This document shows positions 28,109-36,848 of a DNA stretch of 36,848 nt, piece by piece; within the stretch, counting starts at the first letter, position 1; every line of letters starts with the position of its first letter. This DNA is from Actinomycetota bacterium (GTDB taxonomy: Bacteria > Actinomycetota > Geothermincolia > Geothermincolales > RBG-13-55-18). The stretch spans positions 1 through 36,848 of the forward strand of contig JAXHVT010000032.1 of the NCBI GenBank assembly GCA_034188985.1. The letters run 5' to 3'. The position numbers and the translations under genes are program-made. The notes beneath the pieces were generated by a model. The model made no database searches and was not told the DNA's origin. It saw only the letters and a list, made by a program, of their open reading frames with translations.

Positions 28109-28912
28109 TCAGTAGCCGATATGCTCCAGCCATTCCAGTATGGCCCGGCTGGAGGCGTCGGTTACGGTGTGAGTGCAGCAGTGTCCCCCGCCCTCGATCA
28201 ACGCCAACTCGGCGTGGGGTATCCCGCCCACCAGGGACAGGATAGTCTCCGCCGCCACCAGGCGGTCCTCCTCACCACGCAGCACCAGGGTCGAAACGTC
28301 TATATCTCGCAGCCTGGGGATGTAGTCAAGCCTCGCCCCGGCGATGACGCGGTCAAGGTAGGTGGGCGCACCGCAGGCGGTGCCGTAGGCGATGATGTAC
28401 TCGATGAGATCGTCGTTTCCCGGTGAGGAATCCAGCACGAATCCCCGGTGTCTGCTCACCCAGCGCAGTATGGACTTCCTCTGCTCCATGGTAAGGAAGG
28501 GCAGGAAGGCGAGATTGTGCACCAGGCAGGCCAGGGTAAACATGTTGAGGCCGAAGTAACCCCGGCGAAGCCGGTCCATGGTGTTGCAGAGGATGATGCC
28601 CGCCACCCGCTCCGGGTGATATATAGCCAGCTCCTGGGCGACCATGCCTCCGAAGGACTCGCCCACCACGACAGCTTTCGGTAGATCCAGGGAATCCATG
28701 AGGGCCACGACGTCCAGTGCGTAATCGCCTATGGCGCTGGACAAGCGGGGTTTCCGCACCGGAAGGCTGCAGGCTATGGCGCGGTACCTGTCGCCCAGGG
28801 CCTCCGCCTGCGGGGCCCAGAACTCCTTAGCACCCTCCATGCCGGGCAGGAAGAGGACGGGATTGCCCTCCCCCGACTCCACGTAATCGACGGCGGCGTG
28901 GTATCCAGCCAT
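28109..28912 (-). CDS. alpha/beta-fold hydrolase
   Basis: Nucleophile elbow VVGESFGG. N-terminal PVLFLPG. 267 aa. Confidence 0.8.
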   Translation of the reverse strand: MAGYHAAVDYVESGEGNPVLFLPGMEGAKEFWAPQAEALGDRYRAIACSLPVRKPRLSSAIGDYALDVVALMDSLDLPKAVVVGESFGGMVAQELAIYHPERVAGIILCNTMDRLRRGYFGLNMFTLACLVHNLAFLPFLTMEQRKSILRWVSRHRGFVLDSSPGNDDLIEYIIAYGTACGAPTYLDRVIAGARLDYIPRLRDIDVSTLVLRGEEDRLVAAETILSLVGGIPHAELALIEGGGHCCTHTVTDASSRAILEWLEHIGY

Positions 28913-29013
28913 GTCACATCCTTCCCCATGCGGCGCGGAACCAAGGGCCGGGTTTCGCGTTCGGAGACTTGTTTTTCAGAGCCTTATTATAGCAGCGGCA
29001 GCCCGGCGGGTCT

Positions 29014-32000
29014 TCATGGCGCCCATCCCACCACGTCGTGCCCGCCATCGCGCCCCTGGAAGTCGAAATACATGGGGCGCTCGCACACCAGCGGGCAACT
29101 CGAGCTTACGCGGCAGGAAAGCTGGTAATCGCTGCCGGCGTGATCGTTGACCCTGATGCTGATCCGGGTACCGGCGTGGACCATCACCTCGCGGGCCGGG
29201 AGAGCGCCCTGCTCCTGTGTGCGGTACAGGATCTCCACCAGCGCGTCCTCTTCCCCCGCGTTCTGCAGGCACAGCCACTCGTCGAAGCCCGCACCTGTAT
29301 ATCCCTCGGCCAGCAGCCATTCCCCCGCGGAGGACGCCGCCCCCGTGGTGCAGTGCCCCCCGCGGGCCCGCAGCCCGGCGTACGAATAGTCGAAGTACAC
29401 GGGGCGTTCGGCCAGGAATCCCTGCTGCGAATCCAGGTGCGCGGAGACGTCCTTTCCCTCCCCCACCTCGTCGGCGACGAAGACGGTCAGCCGCGACGAA
29501 GCTCCCAACTCGTAGGTTCTCTCCACCTGCCCGCCCTTGTCCTGGCCTAATTGGTAGACGCCGCTTACGGATATGGGGTAGGGGTGCGGATTCTGCAGTG
29601 TGAGCCATTCCTCGAAGCCCGGCCGGGTGCAACCTTCCGCGAAATAATGCTCCTTCTCCAGGGATGTAGCACCCATAGCGCAGTGCCCTCCCCTACAGGA
29701 GAGTCCTCCCCTGCCACCGTAATCGAAGTACATGACCCGTTCGGCCACCACCGGCCGGTCGGAGCGAAGCTCCAGGGAGGCCTGGTACCCCTCCCCCAGG
29801 AGGTCATCCACCTTGTAAGTGGCGCGCGAACGGGCGGGCACCCTTAGGCCATCTACCCGAACCTCGCCCTCCTCCTGGGTCTGGAAGGCGCATTCCAGAG
29901 AGGCCTCGCCGTCCCCGGGGTTGAGGACGCATACCCATTCATCGAAGCACGAGCCGGTATAACCCTCGGCGAAGTACCAGGTGTCGGAGGTTGCCGCGGC
30001 AGCCACGGCGGCATGCCCGCCGCACCGGCCGTCGCCGTAGGTGAAGTAAACCGCTCTCTCGGCCACGATACCGGCACCTGCGGCGGCCTCCAGCCGGGCG
30101 GAGAAATCCAGGGCCTGGCCGTCCTCCTCCCCCAGCAATACGTTGACGTGTATGGTGGTGCGGGACTCCCCTGTTAAGAGTATCCGCTGCTCCCTGCCGG
30201 AGCCGTCACCCAGCATGTACTCGATGGTCACCTCGGCTTCCAGCGAATCGGGGTTGTATATGCATATATAGGAGTCGAAGCCGTCGCGGCAGGTACCCTC
30301 GGCGAAGTAAAGGGATTGCGTTTCATCCACGGGGGGCTGGTCCGGGTTTTCTTCCGGTGGGTCTTGCGGTAGAGGAACGGGTATGCCAGCCAGGTCGCAC
30401 AGCGTGTTCAGGGCATTGATGCGGCCGAAACCGAAGCGGTCGTCCCTGCCCGCATCCCCCAGGTCGTCGGCGCCGTCCATGATAGCCTGCTCCACCTGGG
30501 ATGCGCTGAGGGATGGCTGCAGCGATAGGGCCAGGGCCGCCAGGCCGGCCACGTGCGGGGTAGCGGCTGAGGTCCCCGATCCGTAGCCGTAGCCCCCGGA
30601 CGGGTAGGTGGAGTAGACGTCCTTTCCCGGCGCCGTGACGTCTACGCTGGAGTTGTAGTTGGAGAAGGAGGCCTTCTCGTCGCGGTTCGTGGTGGCCCCC
30701 ACCCCCATAACGTTATCGCAGGCCGCGGGGTAGATCATGGTGGTATCGCCGTCGTTGCCCGCGGCCGCGACTATCACCACCCCCTTGAGGTGAGCGTAGT
30801 CGATGGCCTGCTGCTCGATATCCGAGGGCCAGTAGCTGCCCAGGCTCATGCTGATAACCCTGGCGCCGTTATCGGCGGCGTAATAGATAGCCTCCACGAT
30901 CTCGGCGGTGTTCAGGGCGCCGCTGGGCACGCCGCTGGCGTCCAGCACCTTGAGGGGCATCAGCCTGCAGCCAGAGGATATGCCGGCTATGCCCTTGTCA
31001 TTATCCTCGGCGGCGATGACGCCGCTGACGTAAGTGCCGTGGCCGTAGTCGTCGCGGGGGTAGGGATTGGGATTGGTCTTGAAATAAAGGTCGTCTACGG
31101 GGCATCCCTGCCACTGCGAGCCGTCCCAACCATACTCCTGGCCTTCGTCGTAGATATCGCCGTTCAGGGCGCCCCGGTTGCCGTATATACGGTAGTGGTT
31201 GGCGGCGTCCTGGTTATCGGTGTTGAAGACGAGATAGTAAAGGGCTCCCGACTCCAGCAGCAGCGGGGAGGACAATTCCTTGTAGGCCTTGGCCATGAGG
31301 ACGCCGACCTCCGCGGGGGAGATATCGAAGGAGGCCAGATCGGGGCCTTCCAGCTCAGCTCTTACCGCCACGCTTATGGGCTGCTGGGGGCTTCCCACCT
31401 TGTCCACAAGGATGCCGACGTGGGTAAGTTGCTGCCCGGTACCGGTCAACGACTGGGCGTAGGCGAGGGTGGTTGGGCCATCACCGAAGGAGCGGAACAT
31501 GTACTGCGGGCTCCCGCCCGAGAGGTAGTAGAAGCAGGTCTGGGAGACGCCGGCGAAGTTGTAGCCGTTGACGTCGTCCACGTAGCCGTTGCCGTCGTCG
31601 TCTGCCTGGTTGCCCGCTATCTCCCCCGGGTTCTGCCAGATCACGGAGTCCAGGTCGGGGTGCCCGAAGTCGATTCCGGAGTCGAGAACCGCCACCGTGA
31701 CCGGGTTGCCGTCTCCCCTCTCTATATCCCAGGCCTGTACGGCGTGGATGTCGGCGCCGGGAGTGCCCTCGACGCCCTTTATATCCTGGCCGGTGTTATG
31801 CAAACCCCATTGCTTGCCGAATTCGGGGTCATCGGGGTAATAGAGAGCGTTTCTTACCAGGTTTGGCTCGGCCGCCAGCACCCCCGGGCTCGTACCCAAG
31901 CGGCCCGCCGCTTCCTCCACATCGACGCCGGGGGCCAGGCCGACCAGGAGAGTTCTCTTGTCACCCGCCGGACCCAGCTCCCTGAGGACGTCCACCGCAC

Positions 32001-32235
32001 CCGCGTTCTCGATCAATGCCATCCCCTCATCGCGCGAGACACCCTCCCGGAAACTCACCATCACCTCGCCCGGGACATGGGATGGCGGTGAACCGGGTAC
32101 CGAAAGCGACTCCTCCAGGGCAGCGGTCCCGTCAATAGGCCGTGGCCCAGCAAGTACGGGGGCATGCGAGAGACAGAGCGCGGTCAGGATGACCAGCGCG
32201 GCGAACACGATGGAGATGTATCCAGGCGGCCTCAA
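29014..32235 (-). CDS. secreted subtilisin-like (S8) serine protease with four tandem ~105-aa C-terminal repeat domains
   Basis: Signal peptide. Asp (VAVLDSGID), His (HGTYVSGVIAA) and Ser (GTSAATPHVAGLAAL) catalytic blocks. Then four repeats, each beginning [YW][FL](F/L)AEG.T..GF.EW and ending ERP(V/M)YFDY...GGH. Confidence 0.85.
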   Translation of the reverse strand: MRPPGYISIVFAALVILTALCLSHAPVLAGPRPIDGTAALEESLSVPGSPPSHVPGEVMVSFREGVSRDEGMALIENAGAVDVLRELGPAGDKRTLLVGLAPGVDVEEAAGRLGTSPGVLAAEPNLVRNALYYPDDPEFGKQWGLHNTGQDIKGVEGTPGADIHAVQAWDIERGDGNPVTVAVLDSGIDFGHPDLDSVIWQNPGEIAGNQADDDGNGYVDDVNGYNFAGVSQTCFYYLSGGSPQYMFRSFGDGPTTLAYAQSLTGTGQQLTHVGILVDKVGSPQQPISVAVRAELEGPDLASFDISPAEVGVLMAKAYKELSSPLLLESGALYYLVFNTDNQDAANHYRIYGNRGALNGDIYDEGQEYGWDGSQWQGCPVDDLYFKTNPNPYPRDDYGHGTYVSGVIAAEDNDKGIAGISSGCRLMPLKVLDASGVPSGALNTAEIVEAIYYAADNGARVISMSLGSYWPSDIEQQAIDYAHLKGVVIVAAAGNDGDTTMIYPAACDNVMGVGATTNRDEKASFSNYNSSVDVTAPGKDVYSTYPSGGYGYGSGTSAATPHVAGLAALALSLQPSLSASQVEQAIMDGADDLGDAGRDDRFGFGRINALNTLCDLAGIPVPLPQDPPEENPDQPPVDETQSLYFAEGTCRDGFDSYICIYNPDSLEAEVTIEYMLGDGSGREQRILLTGESRTTIHVNVLLGEEDGQALDFSARLEAAAGAGIVAERAVYFTYGDGRCGGHAAVAAAATSDTWYFAEGYTGSCFDEWVCVLNPGDGEASLECAFQTQEEGEVRVDGLRVPARSRATYKVDDLLGEGYQASLELRSDRPVVAERVMYFDYGGRGGLSCRGGHCAMGATSLEKEHYFAEGCTRPGFEEWLTLQNPHPYPISVSGVYQLGQDKGGQVERTYELGASSRLTVFVADEVGEGKDVSAHLDSQQGFLAERPVYFDYSYAGLRARGGHCTTGAASSAGEWLLAEGYTGAGFDEWLCLQNAGEEDALVEILYRTQEQGALPAREVMVHAGTRISIRVNDHAGSDYQLSCRVSSSCPLVCERPMYFDFQGRDGGHDVVGWAP

Positions 32236-32401
32236 TCCGGCGCTCCTCCATATATAGTTGTCTTTGCGTGCGCCTCATACGAGCGCCAGCATCGTTCCTA
32301 CACTTTATAAAACGACCGAATCGAAAATTCTCTACAGCCGGTGGGGAGCCCGGTGCGTCCGTCGGCTACGGGAGCGGGCCCGAAATAAGGCGTATTCCGG
32401 C

Positions 32402-33496
32402 TCACCACACCCGCGAGAAGTCCTTCGGAGCCGGTGCCGCAGCCCAGGGTGCCCCCGCCTGCCACAGCTTCCTGGCATTGTCGAAAGCATAGTATATACC
32501 CTCCCTGGTAATGGAGGGATCAACTACCCACTCCTTCTCTATCTCCTCGGCTGTGAAAGCATTGTTGCGGTATTTCTCTATATGTTCCCCCGCCATCCTG
32601 TAGCACACCGGCTCAAGGAACTCTTTCCCCCGATCATTGAAGTCCTCGGCAATACGCCCGAACTAGAAGGTGTCCAGGTAGACGTCCAAGGTTGCCATGA
32701 TGGCTACCGCCGGCGTCAACGAAGGTGGAGACGTCCTCGTCGATAAGGGGCGCGTCCATGGGAGTATATTCATAAGTGGAGGGATTGAACTCGAGCCCCT
32801 TGCCAAAGGCGGACAGCCACATCTGGTGGAAGGCCATCGGCTTGCCCAACTCCTCAGCCTGGTCGGAGAATGCCTGGCAAGTGAGGTCGGCCCAGGTGGG
32901 AAGCTCTCCTTTGCCAAGACATATGGAGCGGTCGCAGTGGCAGGTCTTGATCCAGTCCGTCCCCTTCTCCGCCAGCATGCGAACCAGCGCCGCTATCCCC
33001 TACGGGGTATCCGCCCTGTCTATGGCCTGACCGCCGGCGATAAGCTTGGCCGGTCCCTTTAGGTAAGGTATCCACTCCGGTGTGCCGCCGAAGCAGGTGG
33101 TGTAGGAGTTGGCGCAGACGATACAGGGCCCGGGTATCCTACCCTCCTCCACCATACGCCTGGCCCCCTGGATGCGGCGGCGGAAGGCGGCCATATCCCT
33201 CACCGTGGTAATCCCGTCCTTCACCACGGTGCAGAGGTTACTTTTCACCTGCCTGCTCAGAGACATGATCATCACCGGGGTGACCTTGGGCATGAAGGGG
33301 GTGATGAGATGAACATGGGCATCGATGAGGCCGGGGTGACATACGCCCCCTCCAAGTCTATCACTCTATTAGCGGAGAGACCGTCTCGGTCGGCCATTAT
33401 GTCCGCGATCCTCTCTCCCTCCATGCGGATGGCCATATTCTCCTGGATATCCTCGAAGACGCCGTCGATGAGATTAAGGCTACGGAAAAGCACCAT
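32402..33496 (-). pseudogene. amidohydrolase-superfamily gene split over four reading frames
   Basis: With one C removed from the ccgggg run at ~33331-33336, the translation reads ...GAYVTPGLIDAHVHLITPFMPKVTP..., the canonical metal-binding HxH motif. Further segments lie at 33000-33293, 32634-32978 and 32402-32608. Confidence 0.55.
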
Positions 33497-33799
33497 TTCT
33501 ACGCTCCTCCCCTTTTCGCAAGCCGAAGCAGCCGATCACCATCCTGACGTAGTTTAATACATCCGGTTCTAGTACGTACAAAGATACCTTATCGCTGGGA
33601 CGATAAGGACACCGGTTCTCTCAGTGAGCCGCTATGGCCAGAACCCAGATGCCGAATAGGGCCAGGGTTATATGAAATATACCACCGCCGATGACCTCGT
33701 AGAACTTGATCTTGCCCGCGGCCAACTGGCCGGCTACGGACAGCATTCAAACCGCGCTGCCGAGCAGCAAGAAGATGGCCAGTACCAACCAACCCGCGT

Positions 33800-34060
33800 T
33801 CATGACACCTCAACCTCCCCCTCTTTCGCCGGCTCGGGCGACACCCTCCCCCGATTGGCGACGGCGAACAGTATCACAGCCGCAAAAGCTACCCCCCCAT
33901 GAATGAGGTAGATCGGCCATATTCCCCAGGTCCCCTTCTCACCCTGCGCCACGTCCACCAGGCCCAAGATGAGAACGGCCAAGGCCACCAGGATGAGGAT
34001 CCAGCCCAGAAAGACAAGCAATCCTCTCAAGACACACCTCCCTCTACTCGAAGCCGCCAC
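33800..34060 (-). CDS. small 2-TM membrane protein (86 aa); its TGA overlaps the ATG of a further tiny hydrophobic ORF (33621-33803)
   Basis: Hydrophobic helices LLVFLGWILILVALAVLILGL and GGVAFAAVILFAV. ATGA overlap at 33800-33803. Confidence 0.4.
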   Translation of the reverse strand: MAASSRGRCVLRGLLVFLGWILILVALAVLILGLVDVAQGEKGTWGIWPIYLIHGGVAFAAVILFAVANRGRVSPEPAKEGEVEVS

Positions 34061-34248
34061 TTATCCGCTCTCGCAAATCCTGAACATGATATTACCATCT
34101 CGCATTGCGAATAAACATCCTCCAGCGGCCTGGGTGGGCTCCCCTTCTCATATCACGGGCCTCGAAGCCCGATATTAACTTATAGTGACGGAGTGGAGGC
34201 CCGAGGATATCGCATCTTTACTGCGGCGAGAGTATTCAAGGTGACGGC

Positions 34249-35553
34249 GTGATGGGCATGATGGAAAAGAAAGCATACCTGCTTACGGGCATCATCTCGA
34301 TGCTTCTGGCCGTCATATGCCTCAACGCCGGGTGCCTGGAGGCGAACCAACAGCCAGCCGACGAGGCGGAATCGCAGGACACCGATATCTCCGAGCGAAA
34401 GACGGGCGGGGACTGGGAGCTGTGGACGAACGGAACCTTGCTGCGCGGTGCCAATATCTACCAGCGTCGGGTTTATCCCGAGCTGGACGGCGCCGACTTT
34501 ATAGGGCCCGGTCCCGTGGGCCCTCCCTACACGCAGGAGGATATCGACGCCCTGGCCGCCCTGGGGGCCAACTACGTACAGGTGTCCCATCCCGGCCTCT
34601 TCGGCGAGAAGCCTCCCTTCGGCCTCGACCAGGACATGCAAGACAATCTGGATCGCCTCCTGGATATGATCGACGAGGCGGGTATGTATGCCGTGATATC
34701 CTTTCGGACCGGCCCGGGCCGGTCCGAGTTCACTTTCTTCTGGGACGAGGTGGGCACCTGGTTCGACGCATGCTACCTAAACGACTCCGTCTGGGAGGAC
34801 CCCGCCGCGCAGGATGCCTGGGCTGCCATGTGGAGGTATACGGCGCGCCGCTACTGCCGGCACCCCGCCGTAGTGGGCTACGAGCTCATGGTGGAGCCCA
34901 ACTCAAACGACCGCCTGCTGGATATCTGGGACCCGGAGGAGTTCTACGACGAGTACGCCGGGACCCTCTACGACTGGAACCAGCTCTTCCCGTGCATCAC
35001 CTCGGCTGTGCGTGAGGTGGATGAGGAGACGCCTGTTTTGGTCGGTGGGAACGGATACAGCGCCATCGACTGGCTCACCTACGTCGTGCCCAGCAGAGAT
35101 ACGCGCACCGTCTACACCTTTCACCAGTACGCCCCCTACGTCTATACCCACCAGGAAGCGGAAGAGGCGGGCTTGACCTATCCCGGCGTCTTCGACGTGG
35201 ACGACGACGGGGTCGACGACGTTCTTGACAGGGGCGGGCTAAACCACATGCTATCCACCGTGGACGACTTCGCTGCCGCCCACGGCGCGCCCCTCGCCCT
35301 AACGGAGTACGGCGTGGTCAGGTGGGCGCCGGGCGCGGGCCTCTTCATCTCGGATCAGCTCGACTTGCTGGAGGAAAGGGGCATCAACCACGCCATCTGG
35401 GTATGGGATCCCTCTTGGGAGCCCTGGAATATGGAGATAGACGCTTTCAACTTCATGCACGGCCCATATCCCGACAATCACCGGGACGTGGATACCAGCA
35501 GGCTCATCGAGGTCATCACACGGTGCTGGGAACGTAACCTCCAGGGCTCATAG
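34249..35553 (+). CDS. glycoside hydrolase family 5 (cellulase-like) lipoprotein
   Basis: Signal peptide ending LNAGC. YELMVEPN (NEP acid/base motif) and ALTEYG (nucleophile Glu) at GH5-typical spacing. Confidence 0.8.
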   Translation: MMGMMEKKAYLLTGIISMLLAVICLNAGCLEANQQPADEAESQDTDISERKTGGDWELWTNGTLLRGANIYQRRVYPELDGADFIGPGPVGPPYTQEDIDALAALGANYVQVSHPGLFGEKPPFGLDQDMQDNLDRLLDMIDEAGMYAVISFRTGPGRSEFTFFWDEVGTWFDACYLNDSVWEDPAAQDAWAAMWRYTARRYCRHPAVVGYELMVEPNSNDRLLDIWDPEEFYDEYAGTLYDWNQLFPCITSAVREVDEETPVLVGGNGYSAIDWLTYVVPSRDTRTVYTFHQYAPYVYTHQEAEEAGLTYPGVFDVDDDGVDDVLDRGGLNHMLSTVDDFAAAHGAPLALTEYGVVRWAPGAGLFISDQLDLLEERGINHAIWVWDPSWEPWNMEIDAFNFMHGPYPDNHRDVDTSRLIEVITRCWERNLQGS

Positions 35554-36118
35554 CCCCCGGGATACATGCAGCTCTCCCTTCCGTAACCTAAGCGGAGAGG
35601 AGATCGCCTGAAACACCGAGATTCCTGATGTATCGCGTGGAGGATTTTCTGCACAAGTCACCCGAGGTCGATATACAAGATGCTTTTACATGACGGGAAG
35701 CAGGAACGCGATGTCGAGGGTCGGACTGGAAACTAAGCGTTCCCGCCTGAATGCCAGGCCGTGCATCGTTGCCATATCGGTTACGGCTGCCGTGTCATGT
35801 TCACCGCAAGTGTACCCATCGAACGAGGAGGACCGGGCGGAGATAACGTTTCTCCGGCACGCCCTTCAATCCCCCAGATAGAGCCGTTTCGGAGCCTATC
35901 TCTCCTTGCCCGCCTCGTCCCGGGCTTTCTCGAGCCTGTGGTTTTAGGTCCTTGAACGGTAGATTGTCCTGGGCTCGAGGCCTAAGTAATGCCTGTGTAA
36001 GCGGCCATAAACATTGCTCTCCTTCCCTGTGTATTTACAGGTCTCTACGTCTTTACCTTTACCACGGGCGTGTATCCTTTTTGACCATAATAAGGCTATG
36101 AAGAGCAAAATATCCCAT

Positions 36119-36160
36119 GTCAGTGCCTGTCCCCATCTTCTAAGAATGTCGGATCTCCGG
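36119..36160. repeat. third copy, plus a partial fourth unit, of the ~36-bp repeat seen at 25837-25914
   Basis: ATGTCAGTGCCTGTCCCCATCTTCTAAG followed by AATGTCGGATCTCC. 27 of 29 positions identical to unit 2 at 25881-25914. Confidence 0.45.
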
Positions 36161-36234
36161 GGCCGAAATGATAAAGACCGGACACCTCCGAATAATTAGG
36201 TGACACAAAGACCCCTAGTTGAAGGAGGCGCCCG

Positions 36235-36515
36235 ATGGGCAGAGTGTACATCGGAATAGACCTGGCGGCAAAGTGCTGCTGGGCGGCGGCCAGGAAAGGG
36301 GGGGCGAGCTCATGAGCGTGGAGAGGTTCTCCACCAGCGAGCGCAACCTCACCTCCCACGTGAGGGCCCAGGAGGGAGAGGCGTGGTGCTCCTGGAGGAG
36401 TGCTACCTGGCGGGATGGGCCCAGAGGGTCCTCCTCCCCCGCGCGGAGAAGGTGGCCGTCCGCGAGCCCCGGACCAACCTCTCACAACGGGACCGGACGG
36501 AGACTATACCTATGA
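36235..36515 (+). mobile_element. possible IS110-family (DEDD) transposase N-terminus, broken by two frame changes; continues toward window end
   Basis: GGAGG RBS then ATG 36235. MGRVYIGIDLAAK... resembles the IS110 N-terminal V.GIDVAK block. After the G7 run at ~36297-36303 the sense continues in another frame (..FSTSERNLTSHVRAQEGEAW), then in a third (VVLLEECYLAGWAQRVLLPRAEKVAVREPRTN), which resembles the IS110 VV.EATG...V.VVNP region. Recall-based and weak. Confidence 0.3.
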
Positions 36516-36562
36516 CCTCTATGGCTGTTCGAAATAAAGGATGGAGAAACAATGGTTGCCTC

Positions 36563-36848
36563 CTATGAATACGACACCCTCTCACGCCCGGTAGGCTTCA
36601 GGTTTACCTTGGCCGCATCCCGCCAGTGGGGGGCGCCCTCCCGCACCAGGGCCCGCATACTGAGGAGCTCCTCCCGGAGACGGGCCAGCTTCTCTCTGAA
36701 GACGTATTCCTGCTTCCTTGCCGTTACCGGGTTGTAGGTGAGCACCACCGCCCGCTCGGCTCCCCAGAAGATTCCGCTTGAGCGATAGGCGGAGAGCCGT
36801 TCATCATCTAGCCCTTCCCCTGCGAGCTTTCGGTTCTTGCCGGTATCT
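36563..36848 (-). CDS. hypothetical protein, 5' end beyond the window
   Basis: ORF open to the window edge on the minus strand (..GIFWGAERAVVLTYNPVTARKQEYVFREKL..). Not assignable. Confidence 0.3.
   Translation of the reverse strand, partial: DTGKNRKLAGEGLDDERLSAYRSSGIFWGAERAVVLTYNPVTARKQEYVFREKLARLREELLSMRALVREGAPHWRDAAKVNLKPTGRERVSYS

Noticed and set aside
33747-33749. In-frame TGA as possible selenocysteine or stop-codon reassignment
   Set aside because: No SECIS-like context sought or evident. Other genes in the window clearly terminate at TGA (e.g. the ABC ATPase and the transposase fragment). A sequencing error or two separate micro-ORFs is more parsimonious.
36563-36848. Partial minus-strand ORF contains ..SGIFWGAE.., reminiscent of the MsrA GCFWG active-site motif
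   Set aside because: The catalytic Cys is absent (Ile instead) and the surrounding order does not match MsrA. Treated as an unassigned partial ORF.

Overview
This 36.8-kb window is mostly high-GC (roughly 60% or more by eye) bacterial-type DNA, with GGAGG-like ribosome-binding sites, lipobox lipoproteins and an FtsX/MacB-type ABC pair. The first ~4.3 kb is sharply different: it is AT-rich (roughly 40% GC by eye). That island opens with the 3' end of an ISL3-like DDE transposase that runs off the window start. It carries a compact minus-strand operon: a 718-aa SMC/ABC-type ATPase of the RloC/PrrC-like kind (Walker A, a CxxC zinc hook in a long coiled-coil insertion, ABC signature, Walker B, H-loop) with a ~190-aa C-terminal domain I cannot place, then a 434-aa protein of no family I recognise, then a 99-aa ORF that overlaps the transposase end. 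I regard this as a horizontally acquired, possibly undescribed defence-type (abortive-infection-like) module and the most interesting object in the window. The high-GC remainder encodes a cation/proton antiporter fused to USP-like domains, an MscS channel, an FHA/zinc-ribbon gene next to a MacB-like ABC pair, two DUF3795-like Cys-rich paralogs around two flavoprotein oxidoreductases, a flotillin-like protein, three paralogous GY-repeat lipoproteins, hydrolases, GNAT acetyltransferases, a large S8 protease with four tandem C-terminal repeat domains, a GH5 glycosidase and an IS110-like transposase remnant. At least five high-GC genes (MFS transporter, MBL-fold hydrolase, amidohydrolase, the gene at 18.0-19.0 kb, the IS110-like gene) are split across reading frames. 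One clearly shifts at a C/G homopolymer, so I suspect assembly indels, though real pseudogenisation is not excluded. A ~36-bp direct-repeat family occurs at two intergenic loci.
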